From assembly GCA_045837725.1 (NCBI GenBank), contig JBEWZL010000036.1, positions 62,001 through 126,000 of the forward strand: DNA of 64,000 nucleotides, read 5' to 3'. A program made the position numbers and the translations under genes. The DNA is from Vermamoeba vermiformis (lineage: Eukaryota). Shown here one piece after another: positions 23,136-35,500 of the stretch (position 1 is the first letter of the stretch; each line of letters starts with the position of its first letter). The notes beneath the pieces are model-generated. The model was not told where the DNA came from. It ran no database searches and saw only the letters and a list, made by a program, of their open reading frames with translations.

Positions 23136-24281
23136 TTACACTATGAATACAATGTAGCCTGGCTCGTACAAGTGCAACATGAGTCTGCAGCCCAATTGAA
23201 CTGCAAAGCTAATGAACACGATGAGCAGGGCCGTCAGTGTGCGGCTGTTCAAAAACACTGCGAGTCAATGTTAGACAAGTGTCAAAAGTGTCAAAAATGT
23301 CACGCGTACCTTTCAGCGAGACCACCAACGAGCTCAACAAAAACACATTGAGCACGACTATGAAGCTCAAGGGATAGTCCCACACGATCATTAACAAGAA
23401 CAACGGCTTTCCAAAATTGGCAAGTATGATGGCCATAATAAGGTAGTTGTATCTGCCAGGGGAGATTAGTAAGGCCTAAGAGAGAGGAATATTGGAACTT
23501 ACTTGATCTCAATGCCGAATGATTTGGCTCGAAAAGCAACGAGTGCAACTACAGAGAGCATAAATACTAGTACCTCGAGTGTCACTGCGATGAATATAAA
23601 CAGATGTTGTTCGGCCATGGGATTGGTGTTGGATTCGAGTCGGCTGTTGTGTGTGTTGAGCGAGAACGAGAATATCGATGTGGTCAATGAGAAGGGTTCT
23701 TCATGACTCTTCAATAAGCGGTACCATTGTACGTCTATATATATGAGGTACATTAATATTGATTGACGATTGGTGCGTTTACGTACAAGTTGCAAAAAAC
23801 AGTGATATTAAGAATAGCTTGATGTATGCAGTCTAAATATAATATTTAGTTGATTCGATAGCGAGAGGTGTTATATTACGCACGTGTATGCCTGTCTCTT
23901 TGAAAGGCAGTCGATTAAAGAGGATGTGTCGATAGACTTGCGGCTTATGCAGTATTAAGTCCAAAAATATTACAACAAAATCGTGTTCCACATATTTATC
24001 GGCAATCTTATGGCAGTGAGGCTGTTTGAATCGTGTCAATGTAAGATCTTTTGTCCAAAATTCAATTTAAATTCAAAAAATAGAAACAAATTCTGCATTG
24101 ATAAAATACGCATCACGTAACAACATACAGTAGATTAGTATGCTTAAAAATTATTCCTAAATTATTTGATAATTTTTTTTTGACCACGTCAGATCTAACT
24201 TACACATCTATTTAGTCGGACATTGCCGTGGCTGACCTTGGCTGTCTCTGCAATCTCTCCACCACATTCTACACAAATCAT
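23136..24281 (-). CDS. ARV1: ARV1 family ER lipid/sterol homeostasis protein
   Basis: MICVECGGEI...VRLNRC / PHCHKIADKYVEHDFVVIFLDLILHKPQVYRHILFN (Arv1 homology domain), followed by TM segments (NFGKPLFLLMIVWDY). Confidence 0.93.
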
Positions 24282-24398
24282 CGGTGCATATATACAAAGG
24301 TGCAATGTGACCTGTGATCGACTGCTTCTAGAAGATTGATAAAAACTTTCTTCGGGCGCCGTTCATTTTAATACCGATTAACAATCAACAAACACAAC

Positions 24399-25251
24399 AT
24401 GAGCAAACCAGACGTCAAGGGCATTATTGCACCTAGTTTATTGAGCGGTGACTTCGCTCGCTTTGGTGAGGACGCCAAGAAGATGATCGACTTTGGAGCG
24501 GATTGGTTGCACGTCGACGTGATGGACGGCCATTTCGTACCCAACTTGACTATTGGTCCTCCTGTTGTGCAAAGTTTGCGCAAGTATTTGGGTGCCTCAG
24601 CGTTCTTGGACTGTCATTTAATGATCGAATCTCCTGAAAAATGGATTCAGCAATTTGCAAAGGCAGGAGCATCATCTGTCACACTTCATATTGAAACTTT
24701 GCGTATGTACAACAAATATCTCCAGTAATTATTACTGTAGAAATATTTTTCTTTTAAAGATATTTTTCGCACGCATTTTTCAAGTTATGCTAATTGATAC
24801 AAATATCCAATAGCAGTATTTTACATTAATTATGGTATTATCGATCTAATTTTTTTCTGTAGCGGATCCCACCCCAGTTCTCGAAGAGTGCCACAAGCTG
24901 GGCATTAAAGTTGGTCTTTCAGTGAAGCCCAAGACAGCCATTGAGACAGTATTTCCTTATTTGGACAAAATCGACGTGGTGCTGATCATGACCGTCGAGC
25001 CAGGCTTCGGAGGTCAAGCCTTCATGCCCGAGATGATGACCAAAGTCAAGGCCCTCGACACTGAACTGCGTGCTCGCGGATTGCGTGCGCAAGTGCAGAT
25101 TGAAGTCGATGGCGGCCTCAACGAGGTCAATGTGCACGAGGCTGCCAAGCACGGTGCGAATGCTATTGTCGCTGGCAGTTCAATTTTTGGCTCGAAGGAC
25201 CCTGCAGCTACTATCAAGCACATGCGCGAGGCTGTCAATGCGCAGTTTTAA
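24399..25251 (+). CDS. RPE: Ribulose-phosphate 3-epimerase
   Basis: [56 protein letters not shown]. Confidence 0.97.
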
Positions 25252-25337
25252 TCGCGGATCTGCTTGTTGTAAATAAAACAGAATCGATTGATTACACTCC
25301 GATGAATTTATTTATTACATTATGCCACAGAATCAAC

Positions 25338-27993
25338 TTAATAGTATCCTAGCGGATCGTCTTTAGTCTCCAATAATTTAATCGATGACGTTCTGATTGC
25401 TGATAAAAATTGTTGCAGATCCAGCTTTGAAAATGATGCGTATAATTTGTGATGTTCATCTGCAATAATATCTGCTAGTTGTATACTCTCGTCGTATCGT
25501 TGTGAATCTTCTAATATGTGGTGCAGTAACATTGTAACTTTTGGAATCATCATCTTGCGCAGCAGATCCATTTCACTTTCACGATCTGTCACACAATTAT
25601 AAGCACATGTTGAATAGTCATGGCTCGATATACATACCAGGGTCGTCTTCGTGAGGGGGCACTGGTCGTGGATCAACCAACCAGCCGTGCGGATAGAGCA
25701 GCACACGTCGCAAACTGTCGATGGTGACACCTGTCAACTCATCGTCCACCGCTGACCACTCGCGCATTTGCAGATCATAGCGCTGTTGTTTTTGTTTGGC
25801 TGCAAGTTCAGCAGACACAGGCGGTACACCAGCAGGGATGGGACTCGGTGGCACTGGTCTCAGGGCTCGATGTCGCTCCCACTCGTCGTACTGTGTCAGG
25901 GCTGTCTGCAAGGTCCACAGTGCTGCCATGTCACGCAGCCACGGTGCCACAGCTGGATCGGAGTCCATGCCGCGCTCACGGAGTGCTGCCAGCAGTGAGA
26001 GTGGTGCCGTGGTGAGCGGTGCAGTGCCCGTCATGCTGCGTGTCACACCTTGATCGACCGTCTCCAGCACTGCACGTGCACCAGGCCAGTCGTGACGCAA
26101 CAAGAGTGCGCGCACGTGATGAGTGGCTGTGCGCAGAGCTTTGGGCCAGAGTGAGGGACTGCGACTGAGCCACGCCAAGGCCACGAGCGGTGCTTGCGCC
26201 GTCTTCTTCGTGTCAGCCGCTGGTGTGCTCGGTGCTGCACCGCGGAGTTGTGCCACACGGGCCATTGAAGCCACCACATCGAGGCCACAACGACGTGCTG
26301 CACGCAGAGCTTCGTCTTCAGGGCCTTGAAGTCGTGCCAAGAATCGCGCGTATCTGTCGGTCTGTTCGCGCGCACCCAAGAGCTGTGCGCAATACAGTGC
26401 CACGTGCCAGGCCGGGTGTGGCGGAGTGCGGTTCTCAATGTGATCAATCCACGCGTGCAGCAGTGCTTGTGCCTCCACTTCGCAGTCAGTCCAGCCGCCC
26501 GTTGCAGCTCTGATCGCGAGTGCGGTGTGTGCTGCAAATCTGAGCAGCGACGAGCGAGCCACAGGTGAGATGTTGGACTGCGACTCGGCATTGAACACCG
26601 CGCCGTGCAGTGCTTTGACGGTCTCGGAATAACTCTCCAAAGCGACCAATCGCTGCACAGTGTGATAAATATCTTGGTGACTCTGTCGCACTTTGGCATC
26701 CTGACTCGCTTGCAGGCGCGTGAATATTTCGCCCAAGTCCAGCGCCGTGCCACTCGTCGCAGCAGCAATCACCTCGCGTGCCTCGTCGTCAATCAGCGGG
26801 GTGCAGTGCTGCACGAGCCACTCGTCCACGTGCTGATCAATCGCCACGCGCACGTGTGACCAGAGACAGTCCTCCCAGCTCTCGCACACACCGAGCATGC
26901 CCTCCAAGTGTCCAGCCAGTGCGCCGTACACTGCCTTCTCGTGCGGACTGAGATCGCCGCTGTGCATGATGGCACGCACGGTGTGTTTGTAGAGTGCTCG
27001 CTCGGGCAGGGCAGATTTGACGCCCAACAGTGTAGCTGCGCGCCAATCTTGACCGAACGAGTGACACGTGCTGACGAGTGAGCTCTCGGCCTCATTGCGC
27101 TCATCGACTGTGCGACCTGAGCGCAACATGTGCCACAACTGCCGTACGAGTGCGTCATTGGCCTCTTTGTCCAACACATCGGCTGATTGTGTGCGTGCCA
27201 GCCAGTCTGGGTGCATGGACAGCGCGCCTTTGAGGGCGTCTTTGGCCTTTCTGAAGGTGCGTTGATAGGAGGCATCGCGCACATCTTCAAACAAAACACG
27301 CTCTTCGCGATATGTCTGTTCGAGCCATGTTTCAAGCACCTGCACTGCATCAGTAACGTATTATCGGAGCTGAGAGCGGATGTGTCTACCTTCAACTTGC
27401 GCACGTCTTGATTCTCGTGCAACAGCTGTCTGATGAGCACTAGCTGGTCCTGGGCAGCAGAGAGTTGCAGCTCTTGTTCAAACAGTTGATCGCCTTTGTT
27501 TTGCTTCTCTTGCCACAGCGCCGCTAACAGCCGCCACGTATTCATTTCGCGTTTCAACAGCTCGTACTCGCCTTCTAATTTGATGCGTTCGATCGATCGT
27601 TCTGGTTGTTGCGGAATAACGCGTTTTAATTCTTCTTCGCGCTGTTGAATGGAGGTAATAAAATTTTGCAGCAGTTCAATCGGATCTGTGAGCAGACTGT
27701 CTATTCCTCGCGCAAATTTAAAGTCCAAATTGCTGTCTTTATCGTCATCAAATTCTTCTTCGAAATAATCATCTTGGTCCTATTGTGTGCATTAGAAAGG
27801 GCTACAATTAATCGCGGCATAATTTTTTCAAATTATAAATATTATAATGCAATGATAAGCCTGATAACGGTGCATTCAGCGATAATATGAAACAATAAAA
27901 TATTATTAAATTATTTACAATTGATAGAATAGTTGATGAATCGTCAGATCAGCCGATCGGATCTCTTACCATAAATATATCATTATCGTCCAT
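25338..27993 (-). CDS. NUP107: Nuclear pore protein Nup107/Nup84
   Basis: ExNTWRLL, LETWLEQ, GQDWRAATL, EKAVYGALAG, WEDCLW and C-terminal IIADEHHKLYASFSK...DPLGYY, all typical of Nup107. Confidence 0.85.
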
Positions 27994-28226
27994 CTTGGGC
28001 AAGCAAAATAAATATCACTCAATCTATTTTGTATGTGGACTATGGCTCGTCAATAGCAAGGGCCAATGATATTTTTCAGGCCACAGAAAATAGCCCATTT
28101 TTGAGCGCCAAGCAATTTGCACGAGCCCGCAAGCAATTATTATTATTATTTATCGTGTATATTAATAGCACACATAGCCTTATTGGCCAAAATGAAACTA
28201 TAACGGTGTGAAAGGAACAATCGGAA

Positions 28227-29536
28227 ATGAAATTGAGCAGATGGGTCCTCGGAGTGACACTCCTCGTTGGAGTCGTGATTATATGGGTGGGATCATCTGT
28301 ATTAATGCAATATATATTTTTAGAACAGGATTTTCCACATCCGTTCTTTCTGACTTACTTTTCAACCACCTTATTTTCACTCTATTTATTTGGATTCGCA
28401 TTTTCAAAAAAATGGCGTGATGCCAGAGGCCATGTAGAGTGGAGGCCGGTGCCTACGGAAGAACCTCAAGGTATAATAATATATATTCCAACATGGATCT
28501 GTCTCGTAACAATTTAATTTGCAATGCAGGCGATGAGCACGAAGTAATTTCCAGTGAAGCACATTTAATAGAGCAGGAAGAATATATTCAAAGCGCTGAA
28601 GTTCAAATATTATCACCAAAACAAGTACGTTTTCTAGATGCGTTATCCCCGAAATTGACCTTAGTTGTTCAGGTTATGAAAATCAGTCTTCTATTCTGCC
28701 CTGTATGGTTCATTGCCAATTACGCCTACAATTCTAGTTTGGTGTTGACGACTGTAGCGAGTAACACGATTTTAAGTGCCACTTCTGGCTTCTTCACGCT
28801 GCTGTTCGGCACCATGTTCCGAGTGGAAGAGTTCTCTTGGGGCAAGTTATTGGCTACAATGATATGGTACATGGTGTTATCAATGCCGACCTTAGTACTA
28901 ATATACCATTTACAGTATTGGTGGTGTAGCGCTAGTGACACTAGTTGACACGCAACAAGGCACCTCATCAATTATCGGTGACGCGGTGGCAATGGGCTCG
29001 GCGGTATTCTACGGCCTGTATGTCTCGTTGTTGCGCAAGAAAGTTAAAAATGAACAACAAGTGCCCATGCCCATGTTCTTCGGTATGTCACGAACTGTCA
29101 TTTCGTTGCAGGTCACTGTTTGACACGTGTCATTGCAGGATTCGTCGGCATGTTCAACTGTCTCATGCTGTGGCCATTCATGATACTGCTGCACTACACT
29201 GGCGTTGAGACCTTTGAGTTCCCACCAGCCAAAGTGCTGCTCTATTTAGTCGTGAATGGTCTGATCGGCACTGTGCTCTCAGATCTGCTCTGGAGTTACG
29301 CCATATTCTTCACTTCACCCACTGTGGCGACTGTTGGCTTGTCATTGACCATTCCATTGGCCATTGTCGTGGAGCTGTTCTTAAACAAGCGCACATTCTC
29401 GGTCTACTATTTCTTGGGCTCAGCACTAGTCTTGTCTGCTTTCTTGGCCGTGAACATCACGACACGCGACAAAGAGAAGCAGTTGATTGCACGTGTCAAA
29501 GGCGCGTGTTGCAAGCCACGGGATGCCCTGGATTAA
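28227..29536 (+). CDS. SLC35F5: DMT/EamA transporter, SLC35F5/THI74-like
   Basis: IWVGSSVLMQYIF..HPFFLTYFSTTLFSLYL, FCPVWFIANYAYN..TTVASNTILSATSGFFTL, GTVLSDLLW..TSPTVATVGLSLTIPLA. Confidence 0.9.
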
Positions 29537-29609
29537 TGGGTGCCACTGATGTACATAGCCGCGCGTTAATATAAACGCTTTTTATTTGCAGACAACAGAG
29601 CGGATCTGT

Positions 29610-31100
29610 CTAATAAGTCAAAGGTCTGGGGGTCATAAAGGCATCGACCATATCATCAGTGACGTATTGACGAGCGTCTTTGTGCTTTTGAACGAGCTTG
29701 ACGAGCAAATCAATCAAAATCTTCTTGACCTCGCTGGTCATCATCTTGCCAGTCTTGTATTTGTCGCGAATATCGTTCAACTTGACGTCATCGTCCATGA
29801 AGAAGGTGAGCCATTGATAACTCACATCGATGTCAACATCAGCACCCAATCGGCGTTGTTCTTCAGCGCTCATTTGACCGCCAGAGAATGCGTGGTGCAC
29901 AATCTTGCTCTTGATTTGTTCGGGGGTGTCGGTCAAGAAGACAGCTGAAGTCTCGCTGCTGGCACTCATCTTGGTCTTGTGGCCTTGGAGCGCGGGGAAA
30001 AACTTGCTGTGAATCAAGGCAGGCTTCAAATAGCCGAGACGAGGAGCCACGTCACGAGTCATGCGGAAGTAAGGGTCCTACGGAACAATAAGCACATTGT
30101 ACTGCAGTATTGATGAGTGCTGAGTGTACCTGGTCGATGGCACAAGGAATCAAGCATCGAATGTCAACACGCGTGCCAAAGATGTGCGGGAATGAGTTGG
30201 GGAATGAAGGAGCTGCTTGGACTGCGGGGAAAGCGAATTTACCGATGGAAGAGCTGTCGTTGAAACCGAAAATACCCTTGGCTTGATTGCCAGTCACTGA
30301 CTTTTGGATCTTCAAAATGTTGGGGTACATGGTGCTGTTAACCACTCGTTAGCACAGTTTGCTAATATATATAATACTGCATTGTACTCACCCGACGTAG
30401 TCCAAGTCGGAGAAAATAAATGTTTTGTTGATATCGAAGCCCAAGGCAATAATGTCTCGAGCATTTTCGCGCGTGTATCGTTTGCACTCTTCCAAGGTCA
30501 AATCTTTCCACAAGAACTTCTCGTCGTCAGTCATTTGAATCACCAAAGGCACATTGAAGGCGTCTTGGAGGTACCTATATAATAAAATCAGTGGCCAGTA
30601 AATCGAATTATTAATTACTTGGTGAAGATGAAAGGAATCAAATGTCCCAAGTGAAGTGCCTCGCTGGAGGGACCACGGCCAGTGTACAAATAGAAGGGCT
30701 TGCCACTCTCGTAAGCATCCAACAACTCTTTCAGATCTCTGGCGATGGATGTCATTAGAGTACGTTGCATAGTAGAAAAAATATTCAATATTTTTTGCAA
30801 ATGATATTGCTGGTATTTACTGCATATTTGGAAGTAATTGAATTTTTTTAATTAACCGATCCAAAATATAATTTACCTATGAGAGAAGAAATATCCTCTT
30901 TTTAACCACGGGTGCGCAGGCTTCTTAGTAATTCGCTCAATACGCTCGATCAATTCGTTGCTCACTCTTTCGCATCCAAACTGAGCGATCAGCTTATCAT
31001 AATCAATTCCTCCAGGACCTGCTTCCACTGTCCAAGGATCAACCACTTGATGGTGGTGTTCAGTAGGTTGTTCAGTTTGGTGTTGTTGTTGCTCAGCCAT
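29610..31100 (-). CDS. WARS1: Tryptophanyl-tRNA synthetase, cytoplasmic
   Basis: [54 protein letters not shown]. Confidence 0.98.
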
Positions 31101-31294
31101 GGTCGCTCACTGACAGACGTAACGAAAAATGAAGATCGCGAGTGAGGTGACTGAAGCATCCCAGAATGAAGTGTCGATGGAGGAGCGACGAGGAGACGTT
31201 CGATCACTTGTAAGGCTGAAGTAGTGCATTCGTTTAGAGACTTGACCAAGCATGTACTTCAATTTTTTCTCTTGACCAAAGGAGTCAACCTCAA

Positions 31295-32419
31295 ATGAGC
31301 TTCAAGGCGAGACTCAGAAATCCCAAACAGTTCGCTAACGTTGTAGCCGTTCTAGTAAGCCACATAAATGTAATCACGAGGCATGTACTCACCGTTGTAC
31401 AGAATGAATTCGTGGACGTAGCCTCTTTCGATATCAGTAAGCAAGGTATTGCGCTAACAACTATGGATACGAGCCATGTATTCGTTGTGGAGCTGGTTTT
31501 CGAAGACAAGGCATTTCTGGAGTTCGCGTGGTACGTCGCGTACTGGCGAATCCACTTCGTCGATTTCTAATTCTTGATTGCTGCAGTGACCGAAGAACTT
31601 CGGTGGGCGTCAAACTCGATGTTTTAAACAAAGTACTGAAGAGCGTCAAGAAAGGAGACATGCGTAAGTAACGTAATACCGGAAGTTTGTACTGACGATC
31701 ACTGGTGCAGTAATGTTTGGGTCTGACGATGAGGACAGCGTCTATATAGTAGGCAACTGATCTCATTACTATATATGTAATGTATAACACTTCTTCGTAG
31801 AGTCTTTATAAGAACGACGGAGTGAGCAAGAAAACAAGGTTCGAGCTGAGTCAGATGATGGTCATTAATCAGGACCAGATTCATGTACCGGACCGAAGCT
31901 ATGCTTGTGGTAACAAACATTCATTATACAGAGGGTATCTAACTGCTCTCAGAGGTTATGATGTCCACAGCGCTATTCCAAGAGATTTGTACCGAACTGA
32001 AAGCGATGGGCGAACAAGTGCGCATCAGCATCAGTAAAGACGAGATTTGCTTTGAAGGTACGATGTGGTGCGATCGAATTTTATCATGGTGCTGATATAG
32101 GGCAGCGCCGGAGGGCAATTTGAAGGGTGAAATACGCCTGTCACCTTCAACCAACAACGAATCACTGGCGCTGATCTGCTCGGAGAACAGAACTCAGCTG
32201 TTCAAGAACAATTTCTTGCAGAAGATGGGCAAGGCAGCCAAGTTGACAGACTCGAAAGAGATCATCATTCAGATGGACCATGATGCACCGCTCAGTCTCG
32301 GATTGTAAGCGTTGACAACTATTAGTTGCTCCTGTATTAACATGTGGTCATGTAGTACATTCGATGACCCGGGCTCTGGTGGACTGAACTTCTTCCTAGC
32401 GCCGTTAATTGATGACTAA
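31295..32419 (+). CDS. Divergent PCNA (DNA sliding clamp) homolog
   Basis: MSFKARL..., GIALTTMDTSHVFVVEL..F.EF.CDRRTSVGVKL..LNKVLK, LFQEICTELKAMGEQVRISISKDEICF, APL, GLNFFLAPLIDD align along the whole PCNA fold. Confidence 0.85.
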
Positions 32420-32567
32420 ATTTGGTAAAATCACGTGCTCGACACTTTCTTTATTGCGCAGGCGGAGCCAGTATATTTTAACTAGTTGTCGTTGGTGTAG
32501 GATTAACTACATATATATTATTGTATATTTTATAAAAGAACATGTAAATATTTTATTACAAACGAGG

Positions 32568-35500
32568 ATGGGCCACACAGTTTCACGAGAAGAACTCAAA
32601 GAGAAAGTTCAAACTAATTTAGGAATATATTTTTATTATCCTCATTTTTTCAAGTCAGTTAAAGAGGGAAACCTTTGTACTAGCGCTGTAAGTGATAGAT
32701 AAAATGCGGTGATTTTTTTTCTTTCAAATTATAATTAGCATTTTAGTTTATTATTTCTACCTTAACGATTCATTGAGAGTGCTTTTTTAAATGCTAAAAT
32801 TCAATTAGATTTTATGCGATCTCCATTGACTTTTCTGTTCAGATCAACCTTTCCTCGTTCAGCAAGCTGTTGCGGCAAGGTGATGATAGCATAGTACTGT
32901 CTATTGATGATGGATTGGATTTGCCACAACAAATGATTGACAAGATCCGTTCACTCGTTCACTCAGAAGAACACATGATGTACCTCATAGATCTCTATTT
33001 GGCGGATTCCGTGATTGATGGCAAACAAGTGCATGTCATGTATATACCAAAGGCATTCCCGCCAAAGAAGGGGTAGGTCTAGATCTGGCTTGGTGACAGC
33101 TAATTAACGTTTTTTTAAGTCCGCGCTTGTATTCATCAACTCCGATGCCAAAGAAAACTATTGAAGAGCCAATATCGATAGCAGATTATTTATTAGAGCT
33201 CTCTATGATCCCTAAAGACAGTACAATTGCGCTACCACTCGCGTATCACCATTTACCTGAATTTACATCGACCATTTCATTAGATCAAGCCGATGGGTCA
33301 ACAAGCAGCGTCAATAAGGTATAAAATAGGTGTTTCTATTATTTACATCCTAACTCTGCCGTCCTTAGGACTTTTTCAATGCGTTATACCGACGATTGCT
33401 GGTCAATAAGAACGATGTCTGTCTGTCGCTCACGGTGCATTCTTTGCCAGAATTTATTTTGCATCCAAATTTGGCACCATTATTGCGCGTGATCGAAACA
33501 AATGATTCGTTCTACCCAATCTTTGAACGCCAACCATTCACCTTGGAAGACGTGTTGAAATTCAGTCGTGAAGTGCTGCGCTCAGAAAGCAACAAGACGC
33601 TGTTTATATTCTACCAGCTGCTCAATGTGATTGCGTTCTGTCATCAGCGCGGCATAGTGCACGGCAACATCAACCCATCGAATATCATTATGAACAATGA
33701 CGCGTGGGTGATGTTGACTGGCTTCACTTGCACTGACTTGGCAACCGTCGAAGGTACGTCGAATAATATTGACTGGACACCGTCACATTACGGCCCTAAT
33801 ACTATCGCAGGCAATCCGGTCCCTGACGCACCACCCGTCGTCAAGTGGGTGAATGGCGAGCTCAGCAATTACGAGTACTTGCTCGAAGTCAATCGACTCG
33901 TTGGACGTCGCTGGGGTGATCCAACATTCCACCCAATCATGCCGTGGGTCATTGACTTCAAGAAGCGATTGCTCAGTGATTCATCGAGCTCTGACGTCAC
34001 TGCCACTACTGACCGCAGTTCAATGTCACGTGACGATGAAACACCACTCAGCCCTCGCGGCGGATCATCGAGCACATTCACTTGGCGAGACTTGACGAAG
34101 ACTAAATACAGACTCGCGAAGGGCGATGAACAGCTGGACTTTATGTACAACAATGCCGGTGCTGAACACACGCCACACCACGTGCCATCACAAGGTCCCG
34201 ATGAATTGAGCTATTACAACTACAAGTCACGTGTGACACCTATCAAACTGTTGCAGAAGTGGGTGCGCGGCAGATATCAAGCGAATGAGTACCCGAAGGA
34301 CCTGGCCAGACTGTACAATCAGAGCCCTGACGAGGCTATTCCCGAGTTCTATTCTGAGCCGCAGATCTACTTTGATTTGCACCCGCTGATGCACGAGCTC
34401 AGACCTGACGACTTGGAACACGATGTGCTCGGTGACTTGCAAGTGCCTGATTGGGCTCAATCGGTCGATGATTTTGTGCAGAAACATCGCGCGGCATTGG
34501 AGTCGGACTACGTGACGTCACAACTGCACACGTGGCTCGACTTGACATTCGGACAGTGTCTCGCTGGTGAGTGGGGTGTCAAGCACAAGAACGTCGCACT
34601 CGTCTCAGACACGCAGTTGAGCTCGCATGGATTTGTCAAGCTGTGGGATGCAGCACACCCTCGCAGACCCACCGCGCAAACAGTGAGCAGTGCACGGTCA
34701 CTGCGCGTCAGACAATCACCGTCCATTCGTCGCACGCCCTCAGCCAAGAAATCATTTTTTGAGCCGCGCAGCACACTCGGTCGCATCAAAAACAAGTTGT
34801 GGAGCAGTGACTCTGACGCACTCATCAGCGGTGAAGAGCTGAGCGAGGTCCCTTCGTCAGCGACGTCCTCGGGCAACACGTCACCAGCCATGTCTGCCAC
34901 GTCATCACAGACCAGCCTTCCTTTGCCGCAGCTACCAAGCTTGGACGAATCACCTGACAGTACGATAGCTCCGTACATGGTGCACTCAGAGCTGGTCAAA
35001 CAACTCAATGCGGGCAAATATCACATGGACTACATTGAGGACTTGATGGCCTGCGAGCACACCGAGCACTTCTTCCAGTTGAGTGAAACATTGGAGCCCT
35101 GGTACAGAGCACCAGTCTCGACCAGCACTGCTCTCAGTGAAGCAGAACTGGCCAAAGCAAACGATATTTTCTCACTGGGATGTGTACTCTATGAACTGTA
35201 CACTGGCACATCCCTGTACAACAAGTACAAGCTCACCGGTGACGACAAATCGTCCACGATTCAAGCCATGTCCTCCATACCACCAGCGATCAGAGACCTC
35301 ATTGTGGACATGACGGACCCCAATCCCGCGCACAGACCCACTGCCCAGGCCCTGTTGGTCCCCTTGCAAGCCTCGCTCAAGTCAGCTATTCGCGACATCT
35401 TCCCGAGTTACTTCCAATGGCTGTACAAGCTATTGATGACTTACCACTCATTGCCGAGCTTGCAAGAACGACTGACTGTCATTTCAGACAACCTCGGCGA

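Noticed and set aside
25768-27265. Many overlapping ORFs on both strands within Nup107
   Set aside because: Expected in GC-rich, stop-poor sequence; no recognisable motifs.
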